Source: Candidatus Cloacimonadales bacterium (GTDB lineage: Bacteria; Cloacimonadota; Cloacimonadia; Cloacimonadales; JAIOQZ01). Taken from it: DNA of 64,000 bases. Positions within the stretch are counted from its first letter, which is position 1, and every line of letters starts with the position of its first letter. Under the pieces are notes generated by a model. It was not told the origin of the DNA and ran no database searches. It saw only the letters and a list, made by a program, of their open reading frames with translations. The translations under genes were made by a program, and so were the position numbers. Where the stretch lies: contig OY762463.1 in assembly GCA_963665815.1 (NCBI GenBank), positions 3,872,001-3,936,000 of the forward strand. Direction: 5' to 3'. Below, in pieces: positions 56,893-64,000 of the stretch.

Positions 56893-58245
56893 TTATTCTT
56901 TACTCAAAAAAATTGTGTTTTCAGCCAATTTTATTTTAACTGACAAGTACATAAGGATTGATATGATTATAAAAAGTCCAATAGAACCGGCAAGTAGACT
57001 GTATTCCTGTAGTTGAATGAGGATGAACATAAAACTGTAAAATATCAATGTTATTCCACCTATAGTAAAGGTAATGATTTTGCTTTTGAAGAGTGCTCCG
57101 GAGAATGAACTGAGAAGTGTGACAGTAGCTGCGGATGAAATCAGGTATGCAGGATTGAAGCCTATATGTTCAGATAATGCCAGAAGCAGCATATAAAAAA
57201 CAACTATTGCCAATCCAATGAGAATATACTGAATTGAGTGAATCTCTTTCTTCTGGATGAGAGTAGTTGTAAAGAATGCTACAAATGTTAGTATTACAAA
57301 AAGGAAAGCATATTTTATTGCTCTTTCGTTTTTCTGGTAGTGACTTACTTTCTGGAGAAGCTGTACACCAAAATCATATTGATGGTTTACAACTATTGGA
57401 TTATCGTTATTTGTTGTGTGTACTTGCTCAATGTTTCTGTTAAAGTGCAGGATTTCCCACTCAGCTTTGAACCCTCCATCAGAAATTGTTCTATTGTCGG
57501 GCAGGAATTCACCGATAAAGCCGGGATTATCCCATGTTGACTGCAGCGAGACCTTAGTATTTCTCCCAATTGGAGTGAAGCTGATTCCGGCTGATCCATT
57601 CACTTGAACATTGAAGGAAAATCTAATACCATTATCTGCATATTTGCTGATATCAATGTTAGCTCCAATGCTGTTATTCAATCCTGTGGAATTCAGTTCG
57701 TTCATTTTGTATTCGGAGTCATTAATTTTGATATTGATTTCATCTTTCAGTTTTCTAAAATCAGACACTTTGAAGCTAATCAGAGCTTTGTTCATCATAA
57801 GATCTTCCATCTTAAGCTTATAATCAGCCAGATCAGGAAGAATGAATTCTCCGCATGCCAGGATATCTGTTTTGTAAACAACTCTGTTAAATATACCGTA
57901 ATATCTATCTTGAGGAATTATTTCTCCATTATACACAATATTTTCAGGAAAAATATGAATATATGCTTTCGTTGTACTTTCATTTATCGGTGTGGAAGCA
58001 CCTGCGAGTCCCTGCTTCCTGACATTATATGGAATTGAGAGAACTGGACCTGTTAATGTCTGGTCTGAGCCCCATTTTTTCCTGATTGTTTCTACTGACT
58101 CATTATTTCTTTGGGTTCTTTCGGTTAAAAGAGAGTTGACCATTGATAATGGTACCAACATTAATATTAATATAAGTCCCAATACTGTAAATCGGAATGT
58201 GGATTTCTGCGAGAAGCTTTTGTAATTATTCTTTAATTCATTCAT
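56893..58245 (-). CDS. creD: Inner membrane protein CreD
   Basis: QTLTGPVLSIPY, PGFIGEFLP, YQKNERAIKYA, HSIQYILIGLA, LLLALSEHIGF. Confidence 0.92.
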   Translation of the reverse strand: MNELKNNYKSFSQKSTFRFTVLGLILILMLVPLSMVNSLLTERTQRNNESVETIRKKWGSDQTLTGPVLSIPYNVRKQGLAGASTPINESTTKAYIHIFPENIVYNGEIIPQDRYYGIFNRVVYKTDILACGEFILPDLADYKLKMEDLMMNKALISFKVSDFRKLKDEINIKINDSEYKMNELNSTGLNNSIGANIDISKYADNGIRFSFNVQVNGSAGISFTPIGRNTKVSLQSTWDNPGFIGEFLPDNRTISDGGFKAEWEILHFNRNIEQVHTTNNDNPIVVNHQYDFGVQLLQKVSHYQKNERAIKYAFLFVILTFVAFFTTTLIQKKEIHSIQYILIGLAIVVFYMLLLALSEHIGFNPAYLISSAATVTLLSSFSGALFKSKIITFTIGGITLIFYSFMFILIQLQEYSLLAGSIGLFIIISILMYLSVKIKLAENTIFLSKE

Positions 58246-58494
58246 AGTTGTATCCTTGATTTCTTATCGCATATGCACTTAACTAACGACCATAGTATCA
58301 TTATGATACATGAAAAATGATATTCAGGTGTTTTTTTAGGTTTATTTTTTTTGATGGAAGGTTGAAGCTAATATTTAATAAGATGGGACATAAATGATTG
58401 TGGATTAAATTTTTGCACGAATGTGTTGACATTTTCCTCAAGTTTCAGGACACTTAAATTAAGTGTCGAAAACTTAAAAATCAAGGAGTGAGGA

Positions 58495-59409
58495 ATGAAA
58501 CATAATACCCATATCTATCTGGCAGCAAAAGCAATTGAATTTCTATATGATGGATTGAAGAATTTAAGTAAACAGGATTCCGGACAATCTGTTTCTCCTG
58601 AAAGAAAACGAAAGAAAAGAGCCAGTGCCAAGAAGCTTCAAAGACATCTGCAGCATTATCAGGATATGATTTACGAAGCAGCCTGGGCACCGGACGATAT
58701 TATCTGCGATAAGTCTGTTTACCATACATTTAAGCTTTATACAAAGGATGAATTCAGTGACGCAGAAGTTTATGCTGTTGAAAAACATAAAGATAAATAC
58801 TACAGAGCAAAATCAGGGGGTGGTCTTCCATTCAAAGTAGATCATCTGGCGCGATTTATTTCGGACATGGAAAAGCTGAGAGAGTACAATGACAGATTCT
58901 CAAGACAGCAGATCATGTATCAATACATTATGATTTCGCACTATATTGTTGATGCACACGTTCCGATGCACTGCGATCTGCGGGATGATCCACCATCTGA
59001 AACCGATACAACCAAGCCAAAGAATGGTATGTATTTTTCTGAAAGTCTCCATGGAAAAGTAGAAGGGAAATGGGATAAAGCTGTGCATTCAATTGCTCTG
59101 CAAGAGGAACTTATTGAAATAGGAAGAAACGATGATGTTCCTGAAGAGACAGAACTAACGGACTATGTAAAATTTGATGTTACTAATGATAATCATTTAA
59201 GGTTGATCAAACCTGTTGATATTAAAAGCAATATTATGCAGTTTATGATTGATGCATGTATCAAAACAAAGGAAAGATCATTAGATATGTTCCCGATTGA
59301 CGACCCAAATAACTATGACAAAGGTCAGTTTAAAAAACATACACGCGAGATATTCGCTGAGACAATTTCTGACCTGATTTCTGTCTGGATGTGGATTTGG
59401 AATAATTAA
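58495..59409 (+). CDS. Zinc-dependent phospholipase C / S1-P1 nuclease superfamily protein
   Basis: N-terminal TH, WAPDD, SHYIVDAHVPMH, LHGKVE zinc-ligand pattern. Confidence 0.7.
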   Translation: MKHNTHIYLAAKAIEFLYDGLKNLSKQDSGQSVSPERKRKKRASAKKLQRHLQHYQDMIYEAAWAPDDIICDKSVYHTFKLYTKDEFSDAEVYAVEKHKDKYYRAKSGGGLPFKVDHLARFISDMEKLREYNDRFSRQQIMYQYIMISHYIVDAHVPMHCDLRDDPPSETDTTKPKNGMYFSESLHGKVEGKWDKAVHSIALQEELIEIGRNDDVPEETELTDYVKFDVTNDNHLRLIKPVDIKSNIMQFMIDACIKTKERSLDMFPIDDPNNYDKGQFKKHTREIFAETISDLISVWMWIWNN

Positions 59410-59459
59410 TTGGGGATTAAAAAGAATTAATTTGAAACAGCATTTTCTGAAACAAGAAA

Positions 59460-59485
59460 AAACTGCTGCTCGAAAGCAGCAGTTT
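59460..59485. terminator. Terminator at the end of the hcp operon
   Basis: AAACTGCTGCT-CGAA-AGCAGCAGTTT with flanking A/T runs. Confidence 0.8.
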
Positions 59486-59516
59486 GTATAATAATATATA
59501 AATGTTTGTTTGTGGA

Positions 59517-61169
59517 TTATCCAATCATGTTTTTGATATCGTCTTCCACATTGGTGATTCCACCAATACCGAAGTTCTCAACAAGTACTTTTGCCACGTT
59601 AGGGGAGAGGAAAGCCGGCAGGGTTGGTCCGAGATGGATATTCTTTACACCGAGATAAAGGAGTGAGAGAAGAACTATTACAGCTTTCTGCTCATACCAG
59701 GCAATGTTATATACAATCGGTAAATCGTTAACATCTTCCAGTCCGAATACTTCCTTGAGCTTCAGAGCAATAACAGCCAGAGAATATGAGTCATTGCACT
59801 GACCGGCATCGAGTACTCTTGGAATTCCACCAATATCACCAAGATTAAGCTTGTTATATCTGTATTTCGCACAGCCGGCTGTTAGAATAATTGTGTCTTC
59901 AGGGAGTGCTTTTGCGAAATCTGTGTAGTAGTTTCTTTCCTTATGTCTGCCATCACAGCCTGCCATTACAACGAACTTTTTAACAGCACCGGATTTAACA
60001 GCATCAACAACTTTATCTGCAAGTGCCAGAACCTGATTGTGAGCAAATCCACCCACGATTTTACCTGTTTCGATTTCTGTTGGTGCAGGCAGAGTTTTTG
60101 CCATTTCAATTACAGGAGTGAAGTCTTTTCCGTTTTCTGTAGTTTCTATGTGTTTTACACCTTCAAAACCTACACTGTTTGATGTGAAAACTCGATCCTT
60201 GTATGATGCTTTAGGAGGAGTAATACAGTTTGTAGTGAAAATGATTGGTCCGTTAAATGATTCAAATTCTGTATTTTGTTTCCACCAGGCATTACCGTAG
60301 TTACCAACAAAGTGATCGTACTTCTTGAAAGCAGGATAGTAGTTTGCTGGAAGCATCTCAGAGTGTGTGTATACATCTACTCCTGTGCCTTCTGTCTGCA
60401 TCAGAAGTTGCTCCATATCTTTGAGATCATGACCTGAAATTAGAATTGCCGGATTGTTACGGACTCCAATGTTTACTTCTGTGATTTCAGGATTACCATA
60501 AGCTGTTGTGTTTGCTTCATCAAGAAGAGCCATGGTATCAACACCGAATTTACCGCATTCCATTACAAGTCCCACAAGCTCGTCTACAGAAAGAGAATCA
60601 TCAAGAGTGGCAATGAGAGCTTTCTCGATAAACATAACAACTTCCTTGTTCTGCTTACCAAGACGGAAAGCATGATCGTAGTAAGCGGCAATACCTTTAG
60701 CTCCGTATGTGATCAGTTCTCTTAATGATCTTACATCTTCATTTTCTGTTCGGAGCACACCTACTGAAGCTGCTTTCTCATCAATGTTCTCATCAGTAAC
60801 AAAGAATGTAGCAGCATCGTGGTCAGCGAATTTCACTTGTGCGTTGAATTCCTCAACTTTCTTTCTACCCATTTCACGCATTTCGATAGTTTCTTTGATT
60901 CTTTTAACGAAGTAGTTTCTGTCAAAATTAGCATTTGTAATTGTAGAAAAGAGTGTTTCGACTATGAATTGATCAACCTTACTGCACATATCTGTGAATT
61001 GTTGACGCACTTCAAGTGTTGCAGCTGAACGGAATATTGCCAGTCCTTTCAGAGCGTGAATAAGCAGATCCTGCAGATTAGCTACATCGCCTTTCTTCCC
61101 GCACATACCGTTAATTGTACATCCCTGGTTCTTCATAGTCTCCTGACACTGATAGCAAAACATACTCAT
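59517..61169 (-). CDS. hcp: Hybrid cluster protein (hydroxylamine/NO reductase)
   Basis: [11 protein letters not shown]...[49 protein letters not shown]. Confidence 0.97.
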   Translation of the reverse strand: MSMFCYQCQETMKNQGCTINGMCGKKGDVANLQDLLIHALKGLAIFRSAATLEVRQQFTDMCSKVDQFIVETLFSTITNANFDRNYFVKRIKETIEMREMGRKKVEEFNAQVKFADHDAATFFVTDENIDEKAASVGVLRTENEDVRSLRELITYGAKGIAAYYDHAFRLGKQNKEVVMFIEKALIATLDDSLSVDELVGLVMECGKFGVDTMALLDEANTTAYGNPEITEVNIGVRNNPAILISGHDLKDMEQLLMQTEGTGVDVYTHSEMLPANYYPAFKKYDHFVGNYGNAWWKQNTEFESFNGPIIFTTNCITPPKASYKDRVFTSNSVGFEGVKHIETTENGKDFTPVIEMAKTLPAPTEIETGKIVGGFAHNQVLALADKVVDAVKSGAVKKFVVMAGCDGRHKERNYYTDFAKALPEDTIILTAGCAKYRYNKLNLGDIGGIPRVLDAGQCNDSYSLAVIALKLKEVFGLEDVNDLPIVYNIAWYEQKAVIVLLSLLYLGVKNIHLGPTLPAFLSPNVAKVLVENFGIGGITNVEDDIKNMIG

Positions 61170-61184
61170 AATAATCTCCTTTTT

Positions 61185-61508
61185 CTAATTCTGTTTGTTG
61201 TTTTGTTTTATTACTAAAATTTTAAGATTTTCTTTTGATTTGTTGCATACAGCCCTTTTTATATCAGGCAGTACTTCGATATATTGATTTTTCTCTAATG
61301 TATAATTATGATTGTTAACTTTGAATGTTGCCTGTCCTTCTAAGGTGAAAAAAATGACATGCAATGGAAGATCGTGCTCCTGAATAAATCTACCGGGAGC
61401 AAGATCAATATGCACCAGTTCCAGATTATCTTTTGTGTAGAGGCTTCTACCTGTTATACCCGGCAGTTCTAAAACTTTTGGAGCACTGCTTACAGTTCTG
61501 ATATCCAT
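61185..61508 (-). CDS. Cupin-domain protein
   Basis: ELVHIDLAPG..IQEH....VIFFTLEG. Confidence 0.8.
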   Translation of the reverse strand: MDIRTVSSAPKVLELPGITGRSLYTKDNLELVHIDLAPGRFIQEHDLPLHVIFFTLEGQATFKVNNHNYTLEKNQYIEVLPDIKRAVCNKSKENLKILVIKQNNKQN

Positions 61509-61517
61509 TTCATCTCC

Positions 61518-61760
61518 TTAGTAATCAATTCCTGCAGCTTTTACATTGTCAGGATCGAATGCATGGCAGGGAGTAACACCAAATACCATATTACATTCGG
61601 GACATTTATCTTCGAAGGTTGTCATTTCAAAAGTTTTTCCGCAATTATCACATTCTATGTTCATAGGCATAGGCAAAGGCTGCGGTGCGAACCCCATAAA
61701 TCTGACTTTATCTACTATTTGCTTTCCATTTGTGAAAGAACCTGTACATCCATCATGCAT
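61518..61760 (-). CDS. Small Cys-rich protein (80 aa)
   Basis: MHDGC, CDNC..CPEC, TPCH; AAGGAG RBS; in operon. Confidence 0.8.
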   Translation of the reverse strand: MHDGCTGSFTNGKQIVDKVRFMGFAPQPLPMPMNIECDNCGKTFEMTTFEDKCPECNMVFGVTPCHAFDPDNVKAAGIDY

Positions 61761-61777
61761 AGTTATCTCCTTATATC

Positions 61778-62803
61778 TTAATTAATTTCCTCAATCTTGC
61801 TAATTAATTCTCCCTGACGAAGCTTGTTTCTGTATGCCAGCAGGGTTTTATCCATTTTCTCAAGAGTTTCCAGGATTTCCCGTTCATTTTCGGTTGTTTC
61901 TATAATTTTGTTTATTCCACCATTTTTAATTACAATTCTTTTATCACCCAGCAGAGCCAGAATCGGATCGTGTGTTGCCATCAATACAATTTTGTCTTCA
62001 CTCAGGAGAAGTTTTAAGGCTTCTTTTCTATCTATTCCGGCATTCTCAATCTCATCAATCAGGATAATCGGTGATTTGCTGAGTATAGCCGTATCTGCTA
62101 TCATCAAAGCTCTGGACTGCCCTCCACTCAGACTGGTGATAGGTGTGTCCGGATTAAACTTCTCTCCTGCAAGTTCATTTGCTTTTTCTATAATTCTTTT
62201 AATTATGGTTTCTCTGTCAGAAATGAGTCTGCTTTCTGCATGAAGCTCAATAAACTCATACACAGTTAAGTCCATGACGAAATTCATGTTCTGAGATAGC
62301 TGAGCGACAAGCTTGTCAGAAGTAGAAAATCTCCATTTTTTCTCAGGGATATCTTTATTGATAAGGATTTTTCTACCAGTAGGAGTATCATTCTGGGCAA
62401 CCCACTCAATGTCTGCCAGAAGTCTGCTTTTCCCGGAACCTGTAGGACCCACAATACTGATTACTTCCCCCTGTCTGATTACAAGCTCATTGAATTGCTC
62501 TTTTGTGCCGGATTTGTCATGACCGGGCATGATTGTGACTGATTTAACCGGATCATCATCCTTGCCTAGAAACTCCAGCATTTGGTTAATGAATTCGCTT
62601 AACTGATACAGAACTTGCTCAGGATCAATAGCATTGTCTTCCATCTCATCAATATCCATGCTGTTGAAAAATTCTTCAAGAGTGTATTTTCCCATTTCGT
62701 CGACTTCTATGTTGTTATCATTAAAGAAGCTGACTGAAAAAGGATAGTCTTTAATTATCATATTCACAGGCATTTTCATTAGTTTATCAGGTGTAGTCTT
62801 CAT
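61778..62803 (-). CDS. ABC-family ATPase with N-terminal extra domain
   Basis: GPTGSGKS, LSGGQSRALMIAD, ILIDEIENAG, MATHD; N-terminal IIKDYPFSVSFF helical domain. Confidence 0.85.
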   Translation of the reverse strand: MKTTPDKLMKMPVNMIIKDYPFSVSFFNDNNIEVDEMGKYTLEEFFNSMDIDEMEDNAIDPEQVLYQLSEFINQMLEFLGKDDDPVKSVTIMPGHDKSGTKEQFNELVIRQGEVISIVGPTGSGKSRLLADIEWVAQNDTPTGRKILINKDIPEKKWRFSTSDKLVAQLSQNMNFVMDLTVYEFIELHAESRLISDRETIIKRIIEKANELAGEKFNPDTPITSLSGGQSRALMIADTAILSKSPIILIDEIENAGIDRKEALKLLLSEDKIVLMATHDPILALLGDKRIVIKNGGINKIIETTENEREILETLEKMDKTLLAYRNKLRQGELISKIEEIN

Positions 62804-63504
62804 GATTTCTCCTGCTTTCCCATATTCATCTTACGAACATTGCCCATCTGGTAATCTTCCCCGATGCGTGTTTCTCCGAGACAGTATGAGCATAGGGCAG
62901 AGGGCATGGGAAATCTGAGTTCTTTACCTTTAAGAGATTCTATATGATCATCATCACAGTAAAGCAGTGTACTGAGCTCAAAGCTTCCTTGTCCGGTCAA
63001 TCCGTTTATATGCATTATTGTGGCAGCAGGATTCACATTATTGACCCTTGAAGCAAAAACTTCACGTTCTGCCTGCGAAACAATATCCCCTTTGGTAATC
63101 ACCACAATATCAGCAGATTTAAGCATAGGCCCTATTTTTTTAGGGGTATTGATTCCACTCAGGTTATCAATTACACATACTGCTTTAATACCTTTAATAT
63201 AAGGGGAACATCGATTGCATAATCCTGCCGATTCACTGATAAGTACATCGAACTTGTTATCCAGTCCCCATTTCACAATTTCCTCAACATTACTGACAAA
63301 ATAATGATCCGGACATAATGCTCCAGAGAGCCCTTTCTTTACCGGAATACCTGCTTTCTTATATAAGACATCATCATCAGTATAGAGGCAGTCAAATTTC
63401 ACAACCGCAACCTTCAGATCTCTTTTCCTGAGAGATGTTATTGTTTTCAGGATTACAGAAGTTTTGCCTGATGATGGAGGTCCGGAAACTGTTATCAGAT
63501 TCAT
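62800..63504 (-). CDS. HypB/UreG-like (G3E) GTPase
   Basis: SGPPSSGKT, VVKFDC, LCPDH, ESAGLCNRC, TKGD, C-terminal CSYC. Confidence 0.85.
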   Translation of the reverse strand: MNLITVSGPPSSGKTSVILKTITSLRKRDLKVAVVKFDCLYTDDDVLYKKAGIPVKKGLSGALCPDHYFVSNVEEIVKWGLDNKFDVLISESAGLCNRCSPYIKGIKAVCVIDNLSGINTPKKIGPMLKSADIVVITKGDIVSQAEREVFASRVNNVNPAATIMHINGLTGQGSFELSTLLYCDDDHIESLKGKELRFPMPSALCSYCLGETRIGEDYQMGNVRKMNMGKQEKS

Positions 63505-64000
63505 TGATTCCTCCCTGATTCTGTTGCTTCAGTAAATATTCTGTTACAATGTGCTATGAGTTCCGAAATGTTGTTGTTATAGATGTAGTCCCAACCCAAC
63601 CACATAAACTTGTTTGTTTCAGGTATATGGTTGTCAATGTCCGGATGAACTGAGGGGAAAAGTCCCTGATGAGAAAGTACTTTGCCTACTTTCATGGATG
63701 AAAAGAAATCTACAACCGGTTGAAGTCTGCGAGCTTTCTTAGCTTTGGACAGGATAAATATAGGACTGATTATTGCTCCATCTTCCGGCCAGATTGCGGA
63801 TAATGGACCGCCTTCTTTAACCATTTTGGTGAAGAAATAAGGCATGATTGTCACTATGGGCTTTGCAGTTTTTTTTCTGTCACTTTTCACCATTTGAGAT
63901 GGATGCATTGATTCCAGCAATGATTTGCCTAATTTTCGAACACCATTATCTCCATACTTTTTATGAATGTTAAGTAAGATACCATTGAAAAGATCGAAAT
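63501..64000 (-). CDS. ABC-type substrate-binding-like protein, 5' part outside window
   Basis: Frame open to the window edge (FDLFNGILLNIHKKYGDNGVRKLGKSLLESMHPSQMVK); IWPEDGAIISPIF, FMWLGWDYI; ATGA overlap with the GTPase. Confidence 0.75.
   Translation of the reverse strand, partial: FDLFNGILLNIHKKYGDNGVRKLGKSLLESMHPSQMVKSDRKKTAKPIVTIMPYFFTKMVKEGGPLSAIWPEDGAIISPIFILSKAKKARRLQPVVDFFSSMKVGKVLSHQGLFPSVHPDIDNHIPETNKFMWLGWDYIYNNNISELIAHCNRIFTEATESGRNQ

Noticed and set aside
1167..63202. Many short ORFs in the track that are antisense or off-frame to called genes (e.g. 5310-5699, 7391-7888, 12674-13189, 41838-42164, 61824-62243)
   Set aside because: They overlap well-supported genes and show no family motifs; treated as shadow ORFs

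Overview
AT-rich bacterial chromosomal window. Seven genes end in a YPNPFNP-type FlgD-Ig/T9SS-like C-terminal sorting domain, which suggests an FCB-group organism, most likely Cloacimonadota (inference). Housekeeping and metabolic genes: amt, hflX, a MATE pump, murJ, uvrC, a NatAB-like ABC exporter, selD, selB, mobA, fdhD, creD, hcp, tRNA-Phe(GAA) and tRNA-Pro(GGG). Five tandem paralog pairs occur: ECF-like sigma factors, PD40 proteins, GLUG-repeat proteins, W/Y-rich repeat proteins and DUF898 membrane proteins. The most unusual signals are: (1) a ~268-bp tandem array with three tRNA-Pro chimeras whose T-arm is replaced by a CCCGA..TCGGG hairpin, beside one intact tRNA-Pro; (2) an unannotated leader peptide MIRTERLRK (RLR macrolide-arrest motif) with a complete attenuator fold upstream of an hflX that has an extended N-domain loop; (3) two long ECF-like sigma factors, each followed directly by a candidate ECF promoter; (4) an hcp operon with an apparently permease-less ABC ATPase, a G3E-type GTPase and a small Cys-rich protein; (5) a cytoplasmic LRR gene with re-used 66-bp cassettes. 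No CRISPR array, integrase, transposase or reverse transcriptase was seen. Family assignments are from motif recognition only, with no database search.
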